Shown: positions 8,647-16,518 of the stretch, piece by piece
How positions within the stretch are numbered: the first letter of the stretch is position 1
Layout of the letters: the number at the start of each line of letters is the position of its first letter
From: Propionibacterium ruminifibrarum
GTDB lineage: Bacteria; Actinomycetota; Actinomycetes; Propionibacteriales; Propionibacteriaceae
NCBI RefSeq assembly: GCF_900289195.1
Contig: NZ_OMOH01000004.1
Span: forward strand, 60,001-92,000
Length of the DNA: 32,000 nucleotides
Direction of reading: 5' to 3'
Position numbers and translations under genes: made by a program
Notes under the pieces: generated by a model
Database searches by the model: none
The model's input: only the letters and a program-made list of their open reading frames with translations
Told to the model about the DNA's origin: nothing

Positions 8647-9174
8647 TCAGTCGATGAGTTCGTCCCGGTCCGCGCTCACGAGCAGGGCGAACCGGACGGC
8701 GTCGGGGTGCGCCTCCTGCGCGAACGGGAGAAAATCCTCGGCCCACCGCGTGAGGATGATGAACTCGACCGCGGGCCAGGCGTACGGCTCGCCCGGGACC
8801 GGATCACCGCCCGATCCCATCACCATGACGACGTACGGTTCGAGGGCATCGCTCCAGCGGCGGATCATTGAGTCCATCTGTCGCACCGTGACCGGGCTGA
8901 CCGGCCCCTTCGCGCGGCACCACTCCACGGCCCGCTCGTCAATCCCGTCGGGGTCCTGGCCCTGGGCCGGAACCAACTCCTCGACGAGCACCCCGTCCCC
9001 CGTCCACCTGCCGCTGATGTCATAGCGCGCACCGGGGTCGACCTCACCTGTCCCCATGACAGCGATGCCCTCGTGATTGTCATCAGGAAAGGCCTTCAAC
9101 CGAAGTGCTCCACCCTCGGCCACGACCCAGCCGCGGGCCCAGCAGGGGTCACCCGGTCGAAGTACCGACGCCAT
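8647..9174 (-). CDS. Hypothetical protein (175 aa), no family recognised
   Basis: The ORF uses mostly G/C-ending codons. ATG at 9174 is preceded by GGAAGGA with a 6-nt spacer. I could recognise no motifs. Confidence 0.55.
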   Translation of the reverse strand: MASVLRPGDPCWARGWVVAEGGALRLKAFPDDNHEGIAVMGTGEVDPGARYDISGRWTGDGVLVEELVPAQGQDPDGIDERAVEWCRAKGPVSPVTVRQMDSMIRRWSDALEPYVVMVMGSGGDPVPGEPYAWPAVEFIILTRWAEDFLPFAQEAHPDAVRFALLVSADRDELID

Positions 9175-9367
9175 GTCGCATCCTTCCGAGCCTCGGACCA
9201 GCACTGGAGGTCATGCTGACATTGTCGCTGATGGGTGATCCGGATAGCGCCCGAGGGCAAGGACGCTCCGGGCCATAGGAACGTTGCCCCCATCAAGCAA
9301 CCGGCGCATCGCCAGGCGGTGTTGTCTCGGCTGAGGCGGAGCGCGGAAACGGCGCCGCGCATGCCCG

Positions 9368-10039
9368 TCACAGCACGTCGGCCATGTGGGCCTCGAAGGC
9401 CTCGACGGCGCCGGCCGCGAGGTCGTCGGTGAACAGCTCGGCGATGACCTCGGGCGAGATGGTGAAGCGGCGCACCCCCAGGCCGGCGAGGGCGACGACG
9501 TGCTGGGCCGACTTGATGGAGGCGGCCACGACGAGCGGGCCCGAGCCGTCCTGGGCGATGGCGCTGGTCATGTGGGAGATCTCGGCTGCGGCGTCGCGGC
9601 CGGCCAGGAACATCCGGTTGAAGTAGGGGGCGACGTACTCGGCACCCAGGGCGGCAGCGACGAGCGCCTGCCCGGCCGAGTAGACCGCCGTCATGAGCAC
9701 CGGGACCCCGGCCGCCCGCAGCCGGGACGCCGCCTGCGCGCCGGGCGCGGTGGTGGGCACCTTGATGATCGCCTCGGGTGCCATGTCGCGGATCCGCTGG
9801 GCGTGGGCGTACAGCTCCTCGGCGCCGGCGCCCCAGGTCTGGACGAAGAACTCGGAGGCGCCGAACTCACGCGACCTGGCGTACAGCGTCGGCACGTCGG
9901 CCAGGCGCACGGCGGCGTCCCTCAGCAGGGTCGGGTTCGTCGTGACGCCGCGGAAGATCCCGGTGGGCAGCCACTTCTCGTGGACCGCCGCATCGGCGGA
10001 GTCGATGTAGAACCCGAGCGGCACCGGAATGGTGGTCAT
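9368..10039 (-). CDS. Transaldolase-family class I aldolase, TalC/FSA subfamily; residues favour fructose-6-phosphate aldolase
   Basis: 223 aa with GVTTNPTLL, IIKVP (Schiff-base Lys) and GAEYVAPYFNR. It carries Gln (FFVQTW) and Tyr (APY) at the positions that are Gln59/Tyr131 in E. coli FSA and Glu/Phe in true transaldolases. RBS GAAGGG lies 7 nt upstream of the ATG. Confidence 0.8.
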   Translation of the reverse strand: MTTIPVPLGFYIDSADAAVHEKWLPTGIFRGVTTNPTLLRDAAVRLADVPTLYARSREFGASEFFVQTWGAGAEELYAHAQRIRDMAPEAIIKVPTTAPGAQAASRLRAAGVPVLMTAVYSAGQALVAAALGAEYVAPYFNRMFLAGRDAAAEISHMTSAIAQDGSGPLVVAASIKSAQHVVALAGLGVRRFTISPEVIAELFTDDLAAGAVEAFEAHMADVL

Positions 10040-10253
10040 GGCGAAAGCCCTTCATTGCGACGCAGATGCCCTGGGGCAGGGCCCGATTCGATCAACCGTG
10101 AACACCCCCAGTCCTATCACGCGCCGGGAGTCCGCGGCGGATCGCCCGATGGTGCGCATCCTGGCCCCATGAGGCCCTCGGCAGTGCCCCGACCAGGGCA
10201 TCCGGAAGGAGGCACGGGATCGTGCCGGGGCGGGCCGGCCATTCGTTCGGTCT

Positions 10254-10272
10254 TTTTCCGAGAACCGGAAAA
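10254..10272. promoter_or_regulatory. Inverted repeat TTTTCCG-AGAAC-CGGAAAA in the fsa-like/srlD divergent intergenic region
   Basis: A 7-bp dyad about 90 nt upstream of srlD, in a 324-bp divergent promoter region. A second dyad, GGCACG-GGAT-CGTGCC, lies at 10211-10226. The function is a guess: a possible operator/activator site. Confidence 0.2.
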
Positions 10273-10363
10273 GCGACGGCAGAACAAGCCGTTCACAACG
10301 CCTGACACAGACCATACCGTCGAATCCGTCACCACCCGAGCAGCAGTTGGAACGGAGCTATCA

Positions 10364-11167
10364 ATGACGAACACGTGGCTGGAACTCGATGACCGAGTCG
10401 TCATCGTCACCGGGGGCAACTCCGGCATCGGCAAGCACATCGTCGACGGTCTGCGCGCCGCCGGCGCCCGGGTCGCCTGCCTCGACCTGACCGTCACCGA
10501 CGGCGTGGACGAGGACAGTGGCGTGTTCAACGTGAGCGTCGACGTCACCGACTCCGCGGCGGTCGAGGCAGCGGTCGCCGCGGTCGAGGAGCACTTCGGC
10601 CGGATCGACGTGCTGGTCAACAACGCCGGCGTGAACCAGCCGCGGCTGCTCGTCGACGCCCGCGGCGAGGCCCCCCAGTACGAGCTGGACGAGAAGGCCT
10701 TCGACTTCATGGTCGGCGTGAACGTCAAGGGCGCGTTCCTCATGAGCCAGGCCGTGGCCCGCCGCCTCATCAAGGCCGGCAAGGGCATCATCATCAACAT
10801 CACGTCCGAGGCCGGCTCCGAGGGCTCGAAGGGCCAGTCGGTGTACTCGGCCACCAAGGGCGCCCTCAACGGCTTCACCCTGTCGTGGGCCAAGGAGCTC
10901 GGCCCGCTGGGCATCCGCGTCGTCGGCGCGGCCCCCGGCATCCTCGAACCCACCGGCCTGCGCAGCCCCGCCTACAATGAGGCACTCGCATACACGCGCA
11001 ACACGACCGTCGACCAGCTGTCGCCCGACTACAGCAAGACCATCCCGCTGGGTCGTCCCGGCACGCTCGACGAGATCGCCAATGTCGTGTGCTTCCTCGC
11101 ATCCGACCGGTCCGCGTACATCACGGGCACGACCGTCACCGTCACCGGCGGCAAGTCGCACGGCTGA
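10364..11167 (+). CDS. srlD: Sorbitol-6-phosphate 2-dehydrogenase (SDR family)
   Basis: 267 aa. VVIVTGGNSGIGK Rossmann motif, NNAG, YSATKGAL (YxxxK). Similarity along the full length to SrlD/GutF as I remember it. RBS GGAGC sits 5 nt upstream of ATG 10364. It is first in a gut-type operon. Confidence 0.85.
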   Translation: MTNTWLELDDRVVIVTGGNSGIGKHIVDGLRAAGARVACLDLTVTDGVDEDSGVFNVSVDVTDSAAVEAAVAAVEEHFGRIDVLVNNAGVNQPRLLVDARGEAPQYELDEKAFDFMVGVNVKGAFLMSQAVARRLIKAGKGIIINITSEAGSEGSKGQSVYSATKGALNGFTLSWAKELGPLGIRVVGAAPGILEPTGLRSPAYNEALAYTRNTTVDQLSPDYSKTIPLGRPGTLDEIANVVCFLASDRSAYITGTTVTVTGGKSHG

Positions 11168-11179
11168 CGGGCGAACCAC

Positions 11180-11215
11180 CGGCTCGTGCCGGCCACCGCC
11201 GGCCGGCACGAGCCG
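11180..11215 (+). terminator. Perfect 15-bp GC-rich hairpin (6-nt loop) 13 nt after the srlD stop; intra-operon terminator/attenuator or processing hairpin
   Basis: CGGCTCGTGCCGGCC-ACCGCC-GGCCGGCACGAGCCG; I checked every one of the 15 pairs by hand. No U-tract follows. It covers the alternative upstream start of the next ORF (11186). Confidence 0.5.
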
Positions 11216-11257
11216 CACCACTGCAACGACGCACGAACTTCACCAAGCAGGGCCACA

Positions 11258-13168
11258 GTGAACAGACGAGCAGAGATCCTCCTCCAGCTGGAGCGACATC
11301 TCTCAGCCGACCCGGAGGCGCTCCAGGACCGTCTCGGTGTCGGTGCGAAGACGATCACGAACGACGTCCACGAGCTGAACTCCGTCCTCGGCAAGGTCGC
11401 CCAGGTGCGACTCGACCAGGGACGCTACCGCCTGTGGGTGATCGACCGCGACCGCTACGCGCAGCTGCGCGCCGAACTCGTCGACGACTCCGCGTCCTTC
11501 AACGACCCCGGCACTCGCTGCGGCCACATCATCGCCCGCCTCGCCCGCGCCACCGGCCCCGTCCTCGTCGACGACCTCGCCCGCGAGATGTCGGTGGGCC
11601 GCTCCACCGTGCTCAACGACCTGGGGACGCTGCGCGAGCGCGGCGCCGCCTACGGTCTGGCCATCGTCGGGCGCCCGAACCAGGGCCTGGAGTGGCACGG
11701 CGACGAGCTGAGCAAGCGCCTGTACATCCTCGACCACCACTACTCGGCCGTCTACTCCGGCTACCCGATCGACGAGCCCCTGCTCGGCCTGGTCGACCGC
11801 ATCGCCGCCGAGTACCAGATCTCGATCCTGGCGGCGCAGGAGATCACCCGCTGGTACACGGTGATGCTCGACCGCATGCTCACCGGCCACCCGCTCAGCA
11901 CGCTGCCCGACGACTACGAGGCGGTCCGGCGCGACAGCGCCTACGCCTTCGGGGCCCAGCTGGCCGCCCAGGTGAGCGAGGCGCTGCAGCTGCCGGTGGG
12001 CGACAACGAGGCCGTCTTCATGACGCTGCCCGTCATCGGCATGCACACCCCGCACGACCAGCGCCGCCTGAAGCGCTTCCCCACCTCGGCGGAGATCCGC
12101 CCGCTGCTGGAGGAGATCCTGGCCGAGATCGCCGCGCAGATGGGTATCGAGATCCCGGCCTCGACGATGCTGACGAACTTCGCCCATCACCTGACCTTCA
12201 TGATCAACAGGCTGCGGTTCGGCATCCACATCGGCGACGGCCCCACCACCGATCTGCGCAGCGCCTACCCGGTGGCCTACCAGATGGCCACCATCACCGC
12301 GCAGGTCATCGACCGCGAACTCCGCCTGGAAGTCGCCGACGACGAGAAGCAGCTGCTCACCGGCTACTTCCAGGTGTTCATCGAGGAGCACCGCACCCTC
12401 ACCACACCGGCCTACCGCGTCGCCGTGGTGACCCACGGGGGCGGGGTCTCGGCCCGGCTCGTGCAGCTGGAACTGGCGAAGGTGATGGCCGACACCACCC
12501 AGTACACGCTGCTCAGCCTCGACGAGGCCGCCGAGGACGTGCTGGACCACTTCGACCTGGTCATCACCACGACCACCCAGCCGCTGCGCACCTCGGCGCC
12601 GATGCTCCGCCTGGCCGAGGTCTTCGACCGCGACGAACTGCTGCGCCACATCAACCGGCTGCGCTTCGACCGGGGCGTCCAGGTGATGCTCGGCGCCGGC
12701 ACCCGCTCGCTGCTGGCCGGGCTGCTCACCGGCGAGCGCTTCATGGTGCTCGACCCGGCCCTCGACTACGAGGACCAGCTCGAGGTGATGCTCGACCGGC
12801 TCGTCGCGTCGGGGCAGCTGCCCGCCGAGTTCGGCGCCCGCATCCGCGAACGCCAGGAGCGGGCCACCATGCTCATCACCCCCGAGGTGGCCTTTCCCCA
12901 CGCGACCCTGCCCGACGGCGCGGACCGGATCGTCCTGGCCATCGGCGTCGTGCCCCGCGCCAACGGCGAGGAGGGGCTGCGTCTGGTCGTCCTGCTCGGC
13001 GTGCCGGACAAGAACGACTACGACGACACGCTGCTCGTCGACATCTACGACGAGGTGATCCGGCTGGCGGCCAACCGGGCCGGCCTGGACCGGATCAGCC
13101 GCTTCACCTCCTACGAGCAGTTCTTCTTCTACATGACCAACAACCCGGCCCACCTCAAGGAGAGCTGA
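11258..13168 (+). CDS. gutR: PRD-domain PTS-controlled transcriptional activator (HTH-HTH-PRD-PRD-EIIB-like-EIIA-like; MtlR/LicR/Lactobacillus-GutR type)
   Basis: N-terminal wHTH (AEILLQLERHLSADPEALQDRLGVGAKTITNDV) and a second wHTH. PRD signature FAHHLTFMINRLRFG. C-terminal EIIA(Mtl/Fru)-like segment with VAFPHATL. I chose the GTG at 11258 because 11186 lies inside the hairpin; the start remains uncertain. This is not the DeoR-type E. coli SrlR. Confidence 0.75.
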   Translation: MNRRAEILLQLERHLSADPEALQDRLGVGAKTITNDVHELNSVLGKVAQVRLDQGRYRLWVIDRDRYAQLRAELVDDSASFNDPGTRCGHIIARLARATGPVLVDDLAREMSVGRSTVLNDLGTLRERGAAYGLAIVGRPNQGLEWHGDELSKRLYILDHHYSAVYSGYPIDEPLLGLVDRIAAEYQISILAAQEITRWYTVMLDRMLTGHPLSTLPDDYEAVRRDSAYAFGAQLAAQVSEALQLPVGDNEAVFMTLPVIGMHTPHDQRRLKRFPTSAEIRPLLEEILAEIAAQMGIEIPASTMLTNFAHHLTFMINRLRFGIHIGDGPTTDLRSAYPVAYQMATITAQVIDRELRLEVADDEKQLLTGYFQVFIEEHRTLTTPAYRVAVVTHGGGVSARLVQLELAKVMADTTQYTLLSLDEAAEDVLDHFDLVITTTTQPLRTSAPMLRLAEVFDRDELLRHINRLRFDRGVQVMLGAGTRSLLAGLLTGERFMVLDPALDYEDQLEVMLDRLVASGQLPAEFGARIRERQERATMLITPEVAFPHATLPDGADRIVLAIGVVPRANGEEGLRLVVLLGVPDKNDYDDTLLVDIYDEVIRLAANRAGLDRISRFTSYEQFFFYMTNNPAHLKES

Positions 13169-13169
13169 C

Positions 13170-13760
13170 ATGAATTTCTGGTTCCTCCTCATCGCACTCG
13201 GCGTGGCCTACCTGGGCCAGATGTACTTCGCCACGGTGCAGATGAAGGACTTCTCGACGTCCTACGGGGCGCTGCGCAGGCGCGGCAAGGTGGCGATCGG
13301 CAAGCGCAAGAACGCGCTGAGCGCCGGCGCCATCGCCATGCTGCTGCTCGACGAGGACGGCATGATCATCGACGCCAAGGCGATGTCCGGCCTGACCGTG
13401 CTGGCCCGGTTCAAGCCGCTGTCCCAGGTCACCGGCCAGCACATCGCCGACCTCGACCCGGCCTCACTGCGCCGCTGCCCGAAGGGCCTGCGCCTGGCCG
13501 TCGAGAACGCACAGAGCAACTGGGTCACCGTCCAGAACGGCGGCGTCCCCGAGGAGCCGCTCACCCCGCTCGGGCGTCTCCTCAAGAAGCTGCCAGGCCC
13601 CAGGGCGAGCGCGCCCCGGCAGCAGGCACCCGGCAACCGACCCAGGAAGAAGCAGGTCATCGCCATCCAGGCCCGTCCTGCCGCACCCACCGTCGTCGCG
13701 ACCGCCAAGACGGCCGTGAGGACAAACCGACTCACTCAACTGGAAGGAGTGACTTCATGA
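13170..13760 (+). CDS. gutM: Glucitol operon activator GutM family protein with a ~75-aa basic Pro/Ala-rich C-terminal extension
   Basis: An N-terminal TM helix is followed by GKVAIGKRK...MSGLTVLARFKPL...TGQHIADLDP. This parallels E. coli GutM (GRVGVG...MKGLTVFARPQKI...GMHAGDLQP). RBS AAGGAGAG. The stop overlaps the srlA start (ATGA). Confidence 0.8.
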   Translation: MNFWFLLIALGVAYLGQMYFATVQMKDFSTSYGALRRRGKVAIGKRKNALSAGAIAMLLLDEDGMIIDAKAMSGLTVLARFKPLSQVTGQHIADLDPASLRRCPKGLRLAVENAQSNWVTVQNGGVPEEPLTPLGRLLKKLPGPRASAPRQQAPGNRPRKKQVIAIQARPAAPTVVATAKTAVRTNRLTQLEGVTS

Positions 13761-14305
13761 ACATCGTCGTCAGGGCGGCCGAGTGGTTCATCGGCCTGTT
13801 CCAGCAGGGCGCCGAAACCTTCATCAGCTGGATGGGCACGACCGTTCCCCTCGTCCTCGTACTGCTCATCTTCATGAACTCCCTCATCGGCATGATCGGC
13901 CAGGACCGCATCAACACCCTGGCCCGCCACGCCTCGGGAAACCCGGTCAGCCGTTACATGCTCCTGCCGTTCCTCGGCGCCTTCATGCTGGCCAACCCGA
14001 TGGCCCTGTCGCTCGGCCGCTTCCTGCCCGAGTTCTACAAGCCGTCGTACGCGGCCGCCGGCATGCAGTTCTGCCACACGAGCAACGGCGTGTTCCCGCA
14101 CATCAACCCCGGCGAGCTGTTCATCTGGCTCGGTATCGCCAACGGCATCACCGAGCTGGGCCTGCCCACCATGCCGCTGGCCATCCGCTACCTGCTCGTC
14201 GGCCTCGTCATGAACTTCGTCGGCGGCTGGAGCACCGATTTCATCACCCGCTGGGTCGAAAGGCAGCAGGGCGTCCGACTCAGCCGCGAGCTGAAGACCG
14301 CCTGA
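13757..14305 (+). CDS. srlA: PTS glucitol/sorbitol-specific EIIC component
   Basis: AEWFIGLFQQGAETF...GNPVSRYMLLP...NPMALSLGRFLPEFYKPSY...FPHINPGELF is nearly colinear with E. coli SrlA. RBS GGAAGGAG. Confidence 0.9.
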   Translation: MNIVVRAAEWFIGLFQQGAETFISWMGTTVPLVLVLLIFMNSLIGMIGQDRINTLARHASGNPVSRYMLLPFLGAFMLANPMALSLGRFLPEFYKPSYAAAGMQFCHTSNGVFPHINPGELFIWLGIANGITELGLPTMPLAIRYLLVGLVMNFVGGWSTDFITRWVERQQGVRLSRELKTA

Positions 14306-14323
14306 GCGAGGAAGAGGACTTCA

Positions 14324-15394
14324 ATGACGTACAACGCAATCACCGTCACCCGCGGCAGCTCCGGCTACGGCGGCCCCCTCACCATCAAGGCCGAGGGCGC
14401 CAAGAACAAGATCGTCTACATCGTCGGCGGCGGCGCCAAGCCCGAGGTCGTCGAGAAGATGGAGGAGCTGTCGGGGATGGAGTCGGTCAACGGCTTCAAC
14501 ACCACGGTCCCGGACGAGGAGATGGCGGTCGCCGTCATCGACTGCGGCGGCACGCTGCGCTGCGGCCTCTACCCGAAGAAGGGCATCCCCACCGTCAACG
14601 TGATGCCGACCGGCAAGGCCGGCCCGCTGGCCCAGTTCATCAACGAGTCCATCTACGTCTCGGCCGTCGGCCCCGACCAGGTGAGTCTCGCCGACCCCGA
14701 CGCGGTGCCGGCCGGTGTCGCCGCCGCGGCGGCCACCGCGGACGCGGGCGCCCAGCCCGCCGAGAGCGCGGACGCCGCGGCGCAGGCCGAGGGCGGTGAC
14801 GAGGTCCGCTACTCGTCCGACATGAAGGTCTCCGAGTCGCTGGCCAAGAAGAAGAACAAGAACCTGCTGGAGAAGATCGGCCTGGGCGCCGGCAAGGTCA
14901 TCGCCATCTTCTACCAGGCCGGCCGCGACGCGATCCAGACGATGATCACGACGATCCTGCCGTTCATGGGTTTCGTCGCCATGCTCATCGGCATCATCCA
15001 GGGTTCGGGCCTGGGCAACTGGATCTCCCAGACCCTGTCGCCGCTGGTCGGCTCGGGTCCCGGCCTACTCGTCCTCGGCTTCATCTGCTCGCTGCCGTTC
15101 CTGTCGCCGCTGCTCGGCCCCGGCGGGGTCATCGGCCAGGTCATCGGTACGCTCATCGGCGTGGAGATCGGCAAGGGCGCCGTCAGCCCGAGCCTGGCGC
15201 TGCCGGCCCTGTTCGCCATCAACACGCAGAACGGCTGCGACTTCATCCCGGTCGCCCTGGGCCTGGCCGAGGCCGAGGCCGAGACGGTCGAGATCGGCGT
15301 CCCGGCGGTGCTCTACTCCCGCTTCGTCAACGGTGTCCCGCGCGTCGCCGTGGCCTGGCTGGCCTCCATCGGCCTGTACACGAGCACCGGCTGA
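14324..15394 (+). CDS. srlE: PTS glucitol/sorbitol-specific EIIBC component
   Basis: GGPLTIKA...KIVYI...AVIDCGGTLRCGLYPKKGIPTVNV...TGKAGPLAQFI...TILPFMGFVAMLIGII...LALPALFAINTQNGCDFIPV is colinear with E. coli SrlE. The phospho-Cys motif DCGGTLRCG is present. Confidence 0.9.
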   Translation: MTYNAITVTRGSSGYGGPLTIKAEGAKNKIVYIVGGGAKPEVVEKMEELSGMESVNGFNTTVPDEEMAVAVIDCGGTLRCGLYPKKGIPTVNVMPTGKAGPLAQFINESIYVSAVGPDQVSLADPDAVPAGVAAAAATADAGAQPAESADAAAQAEGGDEVRYSSDMKVSESLAKKKNKNLLEKIGLGAGKVIAIFYQAGRDAIQTMITTILPFMGFVAMLIGIIQGSGLGNWISQTLSPLVGSGPGLLVLGFICSLPFLSPLLGPGGVIGQVIGTLIGVEIGKGAVSPSLALPALFAINTQNGCDFIPVALGLAEAEAETVEIGVPAVLYSRFVNGVPRVAVAWLASIGLYTSTG

Positions 15395-15403
15395 ACCCCT
15401 GCG

Positions 15404-15431
15404 GCTCCCCGGCCCCACGGCGCCGGGGAGC
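15404..15431 (+). other. Intercistronic 10-bp GC hairpin between srlE and srlB
   Basis: GCTCCCCGGC-CCCACGGC-GCCGGGGAGC, located 10 nt after the srlE stop in a 100-nt gap. Confidence 0.4.
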
Positions 15432-15494
15432 TCATGGCCGGGCCCTGCACCTCACCCCGCAAGAGAGAACAACCCAACCCACCAGGAGACAGAC

Positions 15495-15854
15495 ATGGCT
15501 CAGATCTACACCACCACCGTCAAGGGCATCGGCCCCGAGGCCGCCTCGTTCGCAGACCAGGGCATGTACGTGCTGTTCGGCGACGGCGCGCCCGCCTCGC
15601 TCGCCGACTTCTGCTTCACCATCGACATGAACCAGTCGACCGACGACATCAAGCCCGGCGACCGGCTCGTCATCGACGGCGTCGCCTTCCCGGTCACCGC
15701 GGTCGGCAACCTCGTCCGCAAGAACCTGGACGGCCTCGGCCACATCACGGTGAACTTCGACGGCGCCGAGCAGGCCCAGCTCGAAGGCACCCTGCACGTA
15801 CAGGGCCAGCCCCCCGCCCTGACCATCGGCTCGACGATCTCGATCGAGAACTGA
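15495..15854 (+). CDS. srlB: PTS glucitol/sorbitol-specific EIIA component
   Basis: MAQIYTTTVKGIGPEA...FGDGAPASLADFCF...PVTAVGNLVRKNLDGLGHITVNFDG parallels E. coli SrlB, including the LGH phospho-His. RBS AGGAGA at 15484-15489. The upstream 54 codons of the track ORF were rejected. Confidence 0.9.
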   Translation: MAQIYTTTVKGIGPEAASFADQGMYVLFGDGAPASLADFCFTIDMNQSTDDIKPGDRLVIDGVAFPVTAVGNLVRKNLDGLGHITVNFDGAEQAQLEGTLHVQGQPPALTIGSTISIEN

Positions 15855-15858
15855 ACCC

Positions 15859-16131
15859 GTGATCAGCCGGACCGTCACCATCAGCGACCCCCTGGGCATC
15901 CATGCTCGGACGGCGGCCCTCCTGGCCGGCGCCGCAGAGCAGTTCGAGTCGTCGCTGTGGCTGAGCTGCCGCGGCGAGCGGGCCTCGCTCACCAACCAGC
16001 TCAAGGTCCTGGCCCTCGGCGCGCGCCAGGGCGACGAGGTACTGGTGCTCGCCGACGGGCTCGACGAGACCGAGGCCCTCGACGCCATCGCGGACCGGCT
16101 CACGCACCCCGTCGAGCCGTTCGGGGGCTGA
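15859..16131 (+). CDS. HPr-family phosphocarrier protein, operon-embedded paralog
   Basis: 90 aa, GTG start 4 nt after the srlB stop. His-15 motif PLGIHARTAALL. The LALGARQGDEVLV region aligns with the HPr MSLGVGQG region, and the residue aligned with Ser46 is Asn. Confidence 0.8.
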   Translation: MISRTVTISDPLGIHARTAALLAGAAEQFESSLWLSCRGERASLTNQLKVLALGARQGDEVLVLADGLDETEALDAIADRLTHPVEPFGG

Positions 16132-16158
16132 ACAAGAACCTTCCTCTCGCACACACAG

Positions 16159-16190
16159 GCGGGGGCCGGACCCATCGGTCCGGCCCCCGC
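16159..16190 (+). terminator. Operon-end terminator hairpin (14-bp perfect stem, 4-nt loop)
   Basis: GCGGGGGCCGGACC-CATC-GGTCCGGCCCCCGC, 28 nt after the HPr stop. No U-tract follows, which is common in high-GC Actinobacteria. Confidence 0.65.
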
Positions 16191-16455
16191 TCCCACACCA
16201 TGCCGCCATTCGCCGACCAGGGACCATTCCGCCGCTCGGACGCGGCGACCCGTCGAGGGTGATCATCGACTCGACGCACTCGCCCGGCCCCCACGAAGGC
16301 CCGAACCCCGCCCGCCATCATCGGCGCGCTCGCCGGCGGCCGGCGAGGGCCCACCGCCGAAGCGACCAGGGGCCTCAGTCCGGGGCGTTCCCGCCGAGCG
16401 GCCCCCTTTCGTCGGCCGGCAGCGGCCGGGCACGGTTGCCCTGGCGCCTTAATCT

Positions 16456-16490
16456 GGGTATGTCGCACCTTGTCCGAGGGCGACATACCC
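16456..16490. promoter_or_regulatory. 11-bp perfect inverted repeat (13-nt spacer) immediately upstream of the dehydrogenase RBS; candidate operator or 5'UTR hairpin
   Basis: GGGTATGTCGC-N13-GCGACATACCC. A TAATCT hexamer (16450-16455) abuts it, and the RBS GAGGAG lies at 16505-16510. Confidence 0.3.
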
Positions 16491-16518
16491 CTTACCCATG
16501 ATCAGAGGAGATCACCAC

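Noticed and set aside
6260-8746. 828-aa minus-strand ORF antisense to asnB. Similar long antisense or out-of-frame ORFs occur at 972-2492(+), 2120-4105(+), 4117-5790(+), 5013-6200(+), 11089-13173(+), 11303-13192(-), 16492-17802(-), 19728-20642(-), 20351-21610(-), 21580-22773(-), 24683-26251(+) and 28460-30355(-).
   Set aside because: These are high-GC shadow ORFs. Their translations are Arg/Gly/Pro/Ala/His-rich low-complexity strings with no motifs. Each fully overlaps a gene with clear family signatures in another frame or on the other strand.
11186-11257. Upstream GTG start (11186) for the PRD regulator, as given in the ORF track.
   Set aside because: That codon lies inside the left arm of the perfect 15-bp hairpin (11180-11215). 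The added 24 residues (PATAGRHEPHHCNDARTSPSRAT) precede the HTH and look non-native. The choice remains uncertain.
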